A stretch of DNA of 64,000 bases from NCBI GenBank assembly GCA_951406725.2, contig OX597814.1:136400001-136464000 (forward strand), given 5' to 3'. The notes beneath the pieces were generated by a model that did not search any database, was not told the DNA's origin, and saw only the letters and a program-made list of their open reading frames with translations. The stretch is from Octopus vulgaris (taxonomy: Eukaryota). A program made the translations under genes and the position numbers. Positions 43,093-58,042 of this stretch are shown here, piece after piece (the stretch's first letter is position 1; each line of letters begins with the position of its first letter).

Positions 43093-43804
43093 GACGTGGA
43101 ATCTTTGTCGTTAGTCCTCAATAATTACTTTTAGTTAGTCCTCAATAATTACTTTTAGGAGATAGGTATGTGATACTCAGACTTTACTGGGCGATGGACC
43201 TCTAGCATGACCTCAAAGCTGCTCTGCCCATCGCTCTCTTTACATTTAGTAACGTTTCGCTCCTCTTCATTGTTATGCATGTTAATATCCTTCAGATATC
43301 TAGCTCTTGGAAGAACCCTGGTATTGTTATCTTTACTGTCCTTCTTCCCAAATATATGGAGAGCGAAGCCCTCTGAATGTTACACTGCAAAGACCGCAGT
43401 TTTAAATAGGGCCTAAACTCCACGGAACTGACTTGCCATAGATATATTTTGGACGTCGAGGGCTCTTTCTGCTTGTCTGTTTGAGGCCGCCTTCAGGCAA
43501 CGAGTTGTTAAACTCACGTAGCAATACATATCAGTCGTTTTAGCAGATACAGCTAGGCGAAAGCTCTGTCCTTCTCTTCTCAATTTTCCTAGATCGAGGT
43601 ACGTCTTGTAATTTCTTCCGCTTATTTTATAGGAGCAGACTATATAATTCTCTTGTGGAGAATACTCCAGTGGAATTGATGTCGTTGTTGCTATTAGGAC
43701 TGTTGCTACTGCTGTTGCTGCTTCTTCTGCTGGTGCAGTCCCTTCTATTATTTTCTGTATCTATACTGCTGTCGTTATTGCATTTGCTGCTGTTGCTGTT
43801 GTGT

Positions 43805-44162
43805 TGCTTCGTCCCAGAGCTCGCAAGATGGGGGAATTCCGAAACGTGGTCCTTTGCTATTCGTAAGACCCGCACAAGAGAAAGCAGGTCAACCCCCGAC
43901 ACCGAGAGCATCGACGGATGGATGAATGCGCATCCAGGTTCAGCGGTTGCGTAGGAAGTCGGGGACAAGAAACAGGAAGAAAGAATGAGAGAAAGTTGGA
44001 GCGAAAGAGTACAACAGTGGTCGCCCCCCCACCTGCCGGAACCTCGCGGAGCTTTAAATGTTTTCGCTTAATAAACACACACAACGCCCGGTCTGGGAAT
44101 CGAAACCGCGATCCTCCGACCTCGAGTCCACTGCCCTAACCACTGAGCCATTGCACCTCCAC
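43805..44162 (-). mobile_element. tRNA-derived SINE family 4
   Basis: Minus strand tggaggtgcaaTGGCTCAGTGGttagggcagtggactcgaggtcggaggatcgcgGTTTCGATTCCc. Confidence 0.8.
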
Positions 44163-45879
44163 TGCATTTACTGCTGCTATAGTTGCTACAGCTGATTTTA
44201 GTAGCACAGTTGCCACTGCCTCATATTGACATAAGGAAACTATTTTTTATCGCCGGTGACAATGCAATAAAGATATTTTTTGTTTTCTCAAATAGCGAAT
44301 AAACAGCAGAAATGTCACGAGCGATATTGGAAGTTTTGGAATCTTGATTGAAAGTGGAGAGAAACGTGTAAAAAATGGTCACTTGGGTCTACTTGGGACC
44401 CCATCATCATATGTTTAAAAAGAGATGTAATTTATTCAAATTTCGGAAACGATGATCAGAAGTTGTGAAGGAAGAAAAGAGCTACAAAAATATTATAAAA
44501 CACTACTTAAAGATCTTTTGCGTTTTAATTTAGATAACATTGGAAGTGGCTGTGTGGTAAGAAGCTCGCTTCCCAACAACATAGTTCCAGGTTCAATTTC
44601 ACTACGTGGCACCTTGGGCAACTGTCTTCTACTATAGCCTGGAGCCGACCAAAGACATCTGAGAGGATTTGGTCGACGGAAACTGAAAGAATCCTGTTGT
44701 ATATATACATATGTGTGTATGTGCGTCTGTCCCCATCACCATTTGACAACCGGTGTTGGTGTGTTTACGTTCCCGTAAATTTGCGGTTAGGCAAAATTGA
44801 CTGATAGAATAAGTACCAGGGTTTAAAAAATTAATTAGTACTGCAGCCTAATGAAATAATAAAAGAATTAAAGAATATATATATATCTTTATATATGCAC
44901 ACACACATATACGCATACACATATACATACACCTATGAGCACATATATATGTAGCTGTCTATAAAGTATATGATAGAAAGATTAAAGTAATAATACGGTG
45001 GAGAGTGGAGTTTCCGACATTTCGGAGAGCGTACTTCTTCAAAGTAGCGATGATTGAGACAAAAACGTGAATACAGAAGAGTTTATTTCCTCTTGCCCAT
45101 AATTTAAATTAATTGCTGGAAGAGGTCGATTTGATCGACTAAACTCAGTTTAGTGACTGATGCTAAAATGAAGTAAGAATGTGTCTTTATTGACTTAGTA
45201 ATTCCTTCTGCTCAGAATATTACTTCGATGGGGGTTGAGAACTTATGAAAATAATGAAATTTATTTAGATATTGGTACTATGTATTTCAGAGTTTAGTGT
45301 GACTACTTTATCTGTTTTATCTAGAAAATTAGTCATAGTTAAAGCAGGAAACATCTCAATCTCAGGGTATTACAAAGCTATATCCATACACAAAGTTAGC
45401 ATTCCTATCCACAATATACATTCGACGTAGAGTCCATTCTCTATTATATACATGAAATAAATATATAAGCCCATCTAGGAAACCTTTACGCGGTCGTTAA
45501 ATTTACTAGAAATAGTAGCTAACTCTCTCACTAAATGCATTGGATATTGTCGTCTTAGATTTTTATTATTATCTTTGTACGTTTGTTTTGGTCGTTTTAT
45601 CGACAACGGATAGGAAAAGAGGACATTGATCCCTTGCAATTTTTTTTAAAACTCAGAACATCAAATGATGTAATAGAATACTTCGACACATTTTCTCCTC
45701 CTCGAACCTATAGTAATGGGCATGACGTTTTGTTCTTTTTTAGTAAACTAAAAATATCAGTTGCTTATTTATATATTGTAGGTAAGTGTGTAGAAAAAGA
45801 TAGCAGCAGACAATACTGTAGACATAACACTAAAAACCAACAAATACTGATAAGCAAGTGCAGACAAATTATATGCGTT

Positions 45880-45885
45880 ATCATC

Positions 45886-45929
<44 letters not shown>

Positions 45930-46027
45930 TATTACCACCACCACCACTACCACCATCACCGCCGCCGCCGCCGCCACGACCACCACCAGTACCACCACCG
46001 CCACCACCGCCACCACCACCACCACCA
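45880..46027. repeat. Compound (CAT)n/(ACC)n/(GCC)n trinucleotide repeat
   Basis: Directly visible. Confidence 0.95.
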
Positions 46028-46477
46028 TAGTCATTAAGGTGGCGAGCAGGCAGAACCATTTCGAGTGTCGGAGAAAAATGCGTTGCGCAATTTCTTCCCG
46101 CTCATTACGTCCTGTGCTCAAATTCCGCCGAGGTTGACTTTGCCTTTCATTCTTTTGGGGCCGATAAAATAAGTACCAGTTGAATACGGGGTCGATAAAG
46201 TCGACTGACACCCCCATCCCCCCATTCTCCTGAAGATTACTGGCCACATGCCAACATTTCAAATCCTTAAGTTAGTGAGATGACAGAATCGTTACAGCGT
46301 CGGACAATATTTGAACGATGTTTCTTCCAACTTATTGTGCTCTAAGTTCAAATTCCGGTGAGGTCAACTTTGCCATTCATCCCTCTGTCTAGTACTGGGT
46401 TCGATGGTATCGACTACTCCCCTCCTCTTAAAACTATTGGCCTTATGCCAAGAGTTGAAACAAGTATTATTATTATT

Positions 46478-46517
<40 letters not shown>

Positions 46518-46526
46518 TTGTTATTG

Positions 46527-46602
<76 letters not shown>

Positions 46603-46824
46603 GGCAGCGAGCTGTCAGAATTGTTAGGACGCCGGACAAAATGCTAAGTGGCATTTCGTCTGTCTTTACGTTCTGGATTCAAATTCCGCCGATATTGACT
46701 TTGGGGTCGATAAATTAAGTACCAGTTGAGTACTGGGATCGATCTAATCGACTGAACCCCATTCGCCAAAATTTCAGGCCTTGTACCTATAGTAGAAAGG
46801 ATTATTGTTATTACAATGCGATCG

Positions 46825-47740
46825 GTTTTAGTTCCACTCTAGCGTTCTATAGAGGGTTAGTGGAGGAAAAATGCGACGACGTTCTCGGGGAAACTCTAGG
46901 CGTTGATGATAACGAACTGAGCGGTCTGTTCGGGAGGACTTTCGGGCCGGGGCCAATGGATAATTTCCAGAGGTCGCTCGCCTGGCAGTGCTACCGAGGG
47001 GCTCTGCCTGTTCGGGATAAAATCTACCGGCACGGAAGTGCCGTCAGCCGGGCATACCCGAGGTGTTGCCAGGACGACGAAACCGTTCTGCACGCACTCG
47101 TCCAGTGCCCGAGTATTGCTGAAGTATGGGTTTATGTCGAACAGCTACTGTCGCGTATAGGACGGATCCGGCTATCAGCCGAATCCATAGTGAAGATTGC
47201 CTCGCCGACCTCCTTTAACAAGGAGGGCGAGGCCGTTTTCCTGTGCCTAGTGGCTGTGGCAAAAGAGATTATATGGTGGACCCGTTTGAAAGAGCTAAAG
47301 TCAGACACTTTCCTCTTTGGTCAAGGCCTCATCAACTTTTTCAAGTTTCACTTGAAAAGGAAGATGAAGTTAGAGAGGAGAGTGCTGTCCGATAGCAAGT
47401 TTTCTGAAAGGTGGGTAAATTGTGCGAGAATGGCCAGTATAAATGGACCAATTCTCAGGTTTCGCCTGTGATTGAAAAAGGTCTTATAAAAGGAGAAAGG
47501 GGCTCTCTACCCCCCTTTTGACCATGCTCCTGTTGGCTTTTATGGGTTTTTTTCCACCAGGAACCTTTCGAAGCGCCTCCCCCTATTGGGAGTTTTTCAT
47601 TGTTATAACCTGTCATTGTTAAACAGTTTTTGCTCGGAATTTTTCAAAAACGGACAAAACCCTTTGTAACCTTTCGTCCTGTTTTGTCCCTTTATGTTTA
47701 CTAATCATGTGTGTCAGCCCTTGTGGCCAATAAAAAGAAT
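46825..47740 (+). mobile_element. L1/Tx1-type LINE 3' end: zinc finger and 3' UTR
   Basis: ORF 46860-47471 WQCYRGALPVRD..PRCCQDDETVLHALVQC..IWWTR; UTR ends agcccttgtggccaataaaaagaat. Confidence 0.88.
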
Positions 47741-47759
47741 TAATTAATTATTATTATTA

Positions 47760-47839
<80 letters not shown>

Positions 47840-47842
<3 letters not shown>

Positions 47843-49394
47843 TAGTTTTATTTTTATAGCGTGCTTTCACTTCACTACCGAGCGCAGCTCTGTGTGCCTT
47901 GGGTATGTGCTGTGATTTGTTGTGATGCTCTGATGGTTATTGTATGGAAAGTGTTCTGCGTAGGATGTGTGCAGTGCCTAGTAGTGCAATTTTCTGTATG
48001 TTATATGTGTTTGTAAGTCCTGGTGTTTTTGTTACGTATTTGTCTGAATATTTTTTTATCATGCCTAATGCACCTATTATGATAGGAATTGTTTCTGTTT
48101 TTAGGTTCCACATTCTAGTTACCTCTATTTCCAGGTCTTTGTATTTTGAGAGTTTCTCCATTTCTTTTAGAGACACGTTGTTATCTGCCGGTATTGATAC
48201 ATCAATTAGAAAGCATTTTTTTTCTCTCCTTCATGATCTCTGACAACTATATCTGGTCTGTTGGCCTTAATTTCTCTATCTGTGTGTATCGGCATATCCC
48301 AGAGTATGGTTGCTTTCTCGTTTTCTGTGACCTTTTCTGGTGTGTGCCTATACCATCTTTTTTCTGTTGTTATTCCATAATGTTGGCATAGCTTCCAATG
48401 TATGTAGGTTCCAACTCTGTCATGTCTGTGAATATATTCCTTCTTAGCCAGGACTGGGCAGCTAGAGATAATATGATTTATTGTTTCTTGTCTATCTCCA
48501 CATATTCTGCAGTTACTTGTAATATTTCTTTTCATTACATGTTTTTGGTAATTTCTGGTGGGGAGGCTTTGGTCTTGTGCTGCAATTAAAAATCCCTCTG
48601 TTTCTGCTTTGAGTCCTGAGCTTCTCAACCATTGCTGGGATTTTTCTTTGTCTATTTCTTTTGCGTTTAGTTTAGTGCAGTATTTACCATGAAGGGGCTT
48701 TTCTTGCCATCGTTTTATCATGGCTCGTTGCTGTTCTATTTTTAGTTTGGATTTCATTTGTTTTATAGCTTTTGTTGTTTCTTCATCATCTTCTTCTTCT
48801 TCTTTGTGTTTATTAGGTGGTATGATTTCTTGTTTGTATTTGTCAGCTTCCTTAAATACTGAGAACAGTTTTTTTGTTTTGCTCGTGTTTTGCTGCTATC
48901 TGGATCAGTTTTCCTTCCTTCTGAAGTAGGTATTTTTGCAGTCCTATGGTGGTTATTTTATAGTAGTTTTCCAGCTGTATAAGGCCTCTACCACCTTCTA
49001 TACGTTGTATATATAGTCTTTCTATGTCAGATTTTGGGTGATGCATCCTAGATCCTGTCAGTATTTTTCTTGTTTTCCTATCTATTTTGGACAGTTCATT
49101 TCGTGTCCAGTTAAGGATATTGTAGCTGTAACTTATAACTGGGACAGCTAAAGTGTTGATACTTATTATCTTGTTTTTAGCATTGAGCTCTGTTTTTAGT
49201 ATTGATCTAACTCGTCTATAATATTCTTTTTTTATTTTCTCTTTCATTTGTGTGTGTTGTGTCTTATCTAGTTCATGGATTCCTAAGTATTTGTAAGTTT
49301 GGCTTTGGTCTAATTCTTTTATTTCATTGGTTTTATCTAGTGTGATGTTGTTACTCTTAACTAGTTTTCCTCTTTTCATGGTTACTTTGGCGCA

Positions 49395-49398
<4 letters not shown>
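47840..49398 (-). mobile_element. 5'-truncated R4/Dong element with (AAT)n on both sides
   Basis: KCAKVTM..YKYLG..CRIC..ETINHIISSC..RHD..RPDIV..EKLSKYKDL; complete 3' UTR. Confidence 0.93.
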
Positions 49399-49481
<83 letters not shown>

Positions 49482-49769
49482 GCCGACATCGAGTTTCCCC
49501 AAACACTTCTCAGCGCCCGAATATGTTTCACTTCTCGTTGCGGAGCGAGTGAACTTCACAGGTAGAGAGCGGGACTGAGATGAGGAGTAGATGTTGAAAA
49601 CAAAAAACAAAACAAAAAAAGAAAGAAAACGGAAGAGACAGAAAGAAAAACAAACATATAGACAAACATCAACAATCCCCATCCACACAAGAGGTAGAGA
49701 GAAAAAAATCAAACCAACACAAACAAATTCAACCAAAACAAACACTGCATCGATACTTACGTGTACTTG

Positions 49770-50120
49770 TGACGGCGTTCACCCAGGACGGGTTGAGCCG
49801 GCTTCTTCTCTGGTCCTAACGGCATTACGAACCATGGTGGCCCATGCTCGACGGTCCTGTACGAGGTCACTGGAGATAGCGAGCCATTCGCGGTTCCATC
49901 TGTGCAGACCGACCACCTGCGGACGTGAGATTTCGGAGAGGTCTTCCTTTATCGTCGTTACCCGGGTCTTCAGCTGCCCACCCGTGCGTTTGCGCCAGCT
50001 GGGAAGTGGAGGTGGGAGGAGGAAATCGCGAATCAGCTCACCCTCTGAACGCCGGGCCGCATGACCGAACCACCTTAAGCGTCATTATAGAAGCACCGAA
50101 GGGAGGGGGGCGGAGATTCA
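49770..50120 (-). mobile_element. RTE-clade LINE 3' end
   Basis: Minus strand reads GHAARR..PPTSQLAQTHGWAAEDPG and RWNREWL..QDRRAWATMVRNAV. Confidence 0.7.
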
Positions 50121-50619
50121 GGCGATGATGATGACCGGCTGTAGGAACCCGATCAATGCGACGGCAGCGAAGAATCCTACTACTACCATGGCAATAAATA
50201 CGAATACGAATACGAAAACTGCATCGATACCACCACATCTAACATCTGAAACACACCCCATCCCACACACACAACCACAACAACAACAAATACAAATTAA
50301 AAAGACTAGCATTACAAACTACTGGCAATAAGTACAAAAACAATTAATTAATGAAGTACATAATAACACACACAAACATTACACCAGAAGATTTTGTAAC
50401 ACCCACAATCTCCCTACCTGCACACATGCAAATCATTCAAACAACATAAAACACATACACACACTTAAAAATCCAATTCCCAACGAAAATCGGAGATTTT
50501 CGAGGTAATCTCACCAAGACAATTCTTAATTTACTGTTGGAAAGCCAACAGGAGGGACCGGCAATCCGCCCCTCCAAACAAAACCAGGTAAGTTTTCCTT
50601 TTCTTTTCTTTTTTCCGAC

Positions 50620-52290
50620 AACATGGTCGTGCACAGAATAGTCAGCGTGAATGTACGTGGCCTGGGCTAGCCTTGGAAGCGGAATTACCTGTTCAACGAC
50701 CTCAGGACACTGAATGTCGACGTGGTGGCCATTAGTAAAACCAGGATTTCCGACTTGCGAGACTTCCAACACATTTTCGGTGATTATGAGGTGTACTCAT
50801 ATTCAAGTCGTCCGGGAGTGGGAGGCCGAGTCGCCGTGATGGTTCGGAAAAATCTGGATCTTGCAACACGGACAATTTTCCTGAATCCGGAAGTCGATGA
50901 TACTCGACGTGACAGGCAGCAAAGGGCATACTTTCAGGTTAGTTGCCGTCTATATCCCGTCACGGACAGGACAACCAGATTTCTTCAGACGTCTGGAAGC
51001 CTTCCTGGGAACGTCCCGCTCTTTAGTGATAGTCGGGTATTGGAATGGAGTTTTAGATGTAAGGTGGGGCTGTGTGCGTTTAGCAGATGGGACAGGAGGG
51101 TGCAAAAGCCTCACAAACCTGCTCAGACGATTCCACCTTTCTGACAGGTATCGACTAGATTTCCCGGATGTGCCAGTGTGGAACTGGTCAAACCGCACGG
51201 GTCACCAAGATCATATCTAGATACAGTATTCAGTAGAGTATCAGATAAGGATAGCATAGGTTGTCCACAGTTTAAAGTAGCCGACTACACAGGTCACAAA
51301 TTCGTGATTTGTACAGTCGACTTAGGCTTCATTGACAAGGACCCGGTTACTGGAAGCTGACCACGTTGCTGGCGCGAAAAGATTTCAGTGACCGGATTAG
51401 TGAACTAGCTAGGAGGGCGTTGGCGGAGGCAATAATCAACAATAAATGGTGGTTCGCCCTGAAAAGTGCGATTAGAATAGAATCGATAAGATTTAGCAAA
51501 GAACTAGCAGCAGAAAGAAGCGACCGACATGCTCACAGCAAGATTGGCCCACGATCAACGCTACACACGAAAGTTGCGTTGTCAGAGCTAAAGCACGAGC
51601 ACTTAGACACGAAGGTGTGAAAGCCCTTCAATGGTCCCGAGTGGAAGAGGCACGGCGTAGCAACAAACCCACGATCTGTTACTTGCCGGACCATGACGAG
51701 CAAATGATAACTGATCCGAGACAGATGTGTTGCGGCCTTTCAACGGCGTTTCGCTCAACTGTTCAGGAGCAGCGGTTAGCCGGGTCGCAGGATGGATTTC
51801 ACGTCCTACCTCGACGGGCTGCCGCGGCATTTGGCGACGTAGGCGGAGCTCTGAGAGAGGCCGATAACAGCCTTTGAAATACGGGAAGCAATGGCTAGCT
51901 GTACGAAGGGTAAATCGCCTCGTTTGGATTGTCTGCCTTACGAGCTTTATGCTTACATATCAAAATTGTTCGGTGAATTCTTAGCAAACGTTTACTGCAA
52001 CTGGCAAGACAATGGGAGAATTTCCAGTTTTGTGAGCTGAGGAGCGGTAGCGTAGCTGAGAAAAGATCCGATCAAGGGGGAGTGTATTGGCATCTTTAGG
52101 CCCATAACTCTGCTGAATGCAGTGTTCAAAATTTTGGTCGAGGTGTTAGCTACGAAGTTGGCGCTTGTCGTACGGGATCTTTTCGGGGAGGCACAGACAT
52201 GTGCCATCCCGAAAAGATCCATCCACAATTTCCACCTCATGCGGTACATCATTGAGAAAGTGACCAAAGAACCTGGCATGGGTGGAGCAT
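50620..52290 (+). mobile_element. L1/Tx1-type LINE fragment: AP endonuclease and start of RT
   Basis: SVNVRGL, VVAISKTR, FRLVAVYIP, VIVGYWNGVLD, SYLDTVF, TGHK, KSPRLDCLP, KILVEVLA, QTCAIP. Confidence 0.9.
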
Positions 52291-52503
52291 GTACGTATAT
52301 ATGTTTGTGTGAGTATGTACGTATGTAGACGTTGTGAACGCAGGAGGTTTATGTTTATGTATTCTGAGAATATGTTTGTGCGTATATTTTTTATATATAT
52401 ATTTTATACACTTTTTATATTATCGCTTTTCTTTTTCTTTTTCTGGCTATTAGAATTACTTCTCATATATTTAAGGGTTTTTTCGTTGCGTCTGTTGCCA
52501 TTA

Positions 52504-52562
52504 ATAGCCGACGAGAATGTATCATAACACTTCGCTCCGGCATTCGAAACTCCGAGAACTAT
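52504..52562 (+). ncRNA. Type-I hammerhead-like motif with two core deviations
   Basis: ATAG CCGACGA GAATGT..GCATTC GAAA CTC-C-GAG AA CTAT; U4C and U16.1A. Confidence 0.6.
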
Positions 52563-52667
52563 AATGAGAATCCTTTACTGTTTATTCTAATTTATAACAT
52601 TTATAAATAATCCTCTATTTCTTTAATATTGAGCTCTTATTCTTTTGTTGTTACATATTATTATTAC

Positions 52668-53807
<1,140 letters not shown>

Positions 53808-56690
53808 ATATTACGTTTTGATGTGTATAAGTATTTCAAAACACTGATCTGTGGAACATTTGGATTTATTAAATAAATTTATTAAATATAAAATGTATCC
53901 GCGAACAAATATTGCCAATGAAAAGCAATGTAATACTTGAACATTCGTATCATTTATTTTGGGGTGAAAAACTAACGTATGCTTTCAGACAATTATGTAT
54001 ACTGCATTTTATAAACTCACGTTAACTTTTCTTGGAATTGTGGTAAAAGTTATTAACCACAAGCATGTACAATATCGACCATGCACAAAACACAAAAATA
54101 TTTGAAAATATTGTTTCAATGTTTTAAAAAGACCAACAGAAAGAAAAAAGAAAATGAACAACATTGAGCAAGTAGATACAGTAAATATTCAAACCAACAA
54201 GCGGGAAATAAAAAGCATGTTGTTTATAATGTTAATAGCTATAACGTTTGCTATAATTGCTCGTCAAAGGATCCACTCGGTATAGGTTAACTACTAGAAA
54301 AGAAAAAAAATATACAAAATGTATATTACAAGGGGATTGTATTTTCTTTCAGAATTCATAGAGGAATTAGAGAGGGAGAAAGTTAACGCTCTAATTTGCC
54401 AAAAGAAAGAAGGTGCTTTCACGTACCGAAAAGTAACAGTTTAAAGGTGTCCTGACCAGTTTGTTAAATGATGTTTTTGAATTCCTATGACAGGGCATAT
54501 AGAAGCGTATCTGTTTTTGCAATAAGCACATTTTATGGAATAATAATGCGGAAGTAATACACGGATTTTGTTTAGGCCAAGGCCGGTTCAATGCTGGGTT
54601 TTAAGCAACAATAACAACATTTTGTAAGTTACAAGCAGGATGTCGTGCAGCACACTCATGCTAATAGATTGCTGCCGGAATAATAATGTTGACGGAATAA
54701 CTGAGTCACACCCAAAGATTTTATTACTGGCGTTAATCCTTGCATCATCGTCGCCTATGCAGCACACTATGATACTCCAGATATGAAAATGATATCAGAA
54801 AATTTTAAAAACTGATATTGTAGGGCATAAAAGAATACCTTTTTTCAGTTATTTATTTTATTTCTGAATATTAATAAAATCTGGATTTCCCCTCTTAATC
54901 TCTAAAACCATTGAACCTAAAGTTAATGTTGAATAGCTTCTCTAGAGAACGCTGGCTTGAAACAACGGAAACAATTGAAAATGGCGGCTAAATTTTCTTT
55001 AAACATTTTTCCCTTTATTTTATTTTATCGTGGCTAGAAAATGTAAAAGCGACGTTGTTTGTGGAATTGAACGGTAGAATAATAAAAAAAGAGAAAATAT
55101 GTGAGAAAGAAAACTCTAGAGAGTGCCGAAATCTGAACGTTTCAATTAATTTTCCTCAGGAAGTTTTTACGTTTGTAAGGATCAAGGTATTATCGGATCG
55201 AGCGAAACGAAGCGTAATTTTGAGATATTCTTGATTCGACCATGTATCAGCTGCTGAATTATATAATATAGTCTCCTGCAGGGAACAATTCAATCGCTGT
55301 TCCTTCTGCATATTTAAAGAATTGAAAAAAATATGGCCGAATAATTATTTATGGTTGTAACTACATCGTTTCTCCACGAAATCAATCATCGCTGTTGCAG
55401 AAATTAATAGAAGTAACTCCCATCTACATCAGTATGACAGTTTGAATTCTGTTATCTGTATCTGATGATCTATAGTCATTTTCATAATGAAAATGGTGAT
55501 TACTTTTGCAAAAATGCAACTATCACATAAAGACAAAGGAAAGGCATTGAAATATTTCAGAAATGTTTTATGGCAAACGTTAATAGTTAATCAGCATATT
55601 TGTTTATTTTAAATCTAAATCTTGGGGAAAAAAGGAGAAAGCAATTATTGTCATTAAAAGAAAACTGTATGAATTATGCAGATTGGAGATTTAATTAAAT
55701 AATGGTTAACCCGAAATGCACGGTATGTTTATGCTTGTTTAAACCATTTCATTAAAGGAGAAAAGGTTAGATAGAAGCTGAAAACCACATGGACTGTATG
55801 ACTGTAAAATTGTAATGAAATAATAATAATAATAATAAAATCATTTCAATCATCGATTATAGAGATTCAGGATACGTCATCTTCCGAATATTCGCAAAAA
55901 AAACCCTGCAATTTACTATGCAAAGAAATGGGAAGTTGGGACATTAATATTTTCCACAGGAACATTAAAATCATAAATAAAGTGAAGATTTTAATATTTT
56001 ATTTCTTGCTCTATGATAATAGATTTATTATAAAATATTTGATCCCTGTGAATAATACAATCGTCTTTTCATCTTTCCTATGATCAATAAATTAGTACAA
56101 GTGAGTTCATTAGATGCACAGTTAAGCACAATTCTCTCTAGCCGATAGAATTTCAACAGAAGATTGAAATTAATCCAGCCAATCCCTTTTTTTACAGTGC
56201 ACGAATAATGGTAAAGCACTTTGCCAGAAAAATGGTAAAGCACTTGACCGGAGTCTTCAAGGTATGTGAAACAACTTATTCAAGTTCAAATCATTGATGC
56301 AATTTTATACCAATTGCTATTTTTACTTTTGTATGTTACGATTATATTATACTTTAGTTTGATTTTAATTATTACTTACTACATATAATTCAAATGTTAT
56401 TATTATTTTTATTGTTAAAGTGAAAGCATCTGACATAAAATAGAGAAATATTTTTGTTTCACTTTTAACACCTAATACTGAAATAGTGGAGAAGATATGA
56501 TATTGCTATGGGCTCGCTCTAGGCAAGAAGTTGGACGTTTTTTTTTCCCATGAAACTACATGGACCCTAAGTAAGGCATGTGTAAAAGTTGAATGAAATT
56601 GGTTGTATAGTTTTCAAGTTTTAGGGAAACACACAGACAGACGGACAGATAGACACACATTCTCAGTTTTATATATATAAAGATTACATG

Positions 56691-56723
<33 letters not shown>

Positions 56724-56724
<1 letters not shown>

Positions 56725-58042
56725 CAGAGGGTACCCAAAAGAAACCGGAATTTTGCTATATTATTTTATTCACTTAGTTTTACATGTTAACACTTTTACC
56801 GCCTTCAAAGTATTCTCCATTTGAAGCAATGCCTCGGCGCAGAAGCGTTTTCCACTGTTCGAAGCAGTCCTGGAACTCTTGCGAAGTGATGCCTTTTAAC
56901 GTCTCCGTCGTTTTTTCTTCACCTTTTCCATATCTGCAAAACGTTTTCCTCTGACGACTCTTTTCATTCGGGGGAACAAAAAAGGTTGCAGGGAGCAAGA
57001 TCGGGTGAATAGGGAGAGTGGATTAGCGGGGTCATGCCATTTTGGGTCAAAAACTGTCTCACACTCAAGGTGGTGTGCGTAGGTGCACTCTCGTGATGAA
57101 ACCATCACTGTCCTCTTTGCCACTGCCTGGGGCGGTTTCGTAACACTGCGTCTCGCAAACGCTTCATAACTGTCAAGTAAAATATCTGGTTAATATTTTG
57201 ACCCGGAGGAACGAATTCTGTGTGGACAATTCCTTTCGCATCGATAAAACAATTCAGCATCGTCTTGACATGGGACTTCACTTGATGCACTTTTGGGGGA
57301 CTTGGTGCCATTTAATGCTTCCATTGACTTGATTGCTGCTTCGTTTCTGCGTTGTAGCTGTAGCACCAGCTTTCGTTACCAGTGATGATCTTCGAGAAAA
57401 GGTCCGAATAAACTTCCAACTGTTTTTCAGTTCACGACACACATTCATTCACGACTGCATTTGATCTTCCGTGAGCAAGTGAGGCACAAATTTTGCTGAA
57501 ACTCTTTTCATTTGCAATTCCTCGCTCAAAATTCGTTGGCAGGAGCTCCAGGACACTTCAGTCATATCAAGAAGTTTGTCATTTGTTCGACGACTATCCT
57601 CCCGGATCAGTTCATGAATCTTCGTGATGTTTTCGTTTGTTCGGGAGGTCGACTGTCGCCCTAAACGAGGTTGATCTTCAAGCCACAATTGACCATTCCT
57701 GATGCGTAGGAACCACTCGTAAGCTTGTGTTTTGCTCATGGCAGCATCATTGTAACCTGTCTGAAGCATGACAACTGTTTAGGCCGCCATTTTCGCCAGC
57801 AGAAACCAGAATTTCATAGAAGCACGCTGTCCCTTCCTTTCAGCCATCGCAAAAATCGACGAACAGGGGAGAAGCACTACCAATCAAAAGTGCACCACGT
57901 GGCAGTTCCATTACACCCGAAGACACCGGACGGCAGACTGATGCCTGAGAGTTACATCAAATGACTTCTAGCAGTGGAAGCCTGAACTACAACAGGCTTT
58001 TCCAACAGAGAACGTTTCCGGTTAATTTTGGGTACCCGCTCG
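56724..58042 (-). mobile_element. Full-length (~1.3 kb) mariner with disrupted transposase
   Basis: TIRs gagggtacccaaaagaaaccggaa and ttccggttaattttgggtacccgctcg; AYEWF, SAKFVPHLLT, KTMLNCFID.KGIVHTEFVP, CIASNGEYFEG-like end. Confidence 0.93.

Noticed and set aside
43109-43157. Short perfect tandem duplication (ttagtcctcaataattactttta x2); similar one near 56205-56245
   Set aside because: Ordinary local slippage duplication.
48852-49745. 297-aa ORF as a single gene
   Set aside because: Read-through chimera of unrelated sequence, (AAT)n and a Dong RT fragment.
55132-55162. Minus-strand CTGAGGA aaattaatt GAAA CG TT
   Set aside because: No stem I pairing and only a weak AT stem II; likely chance.
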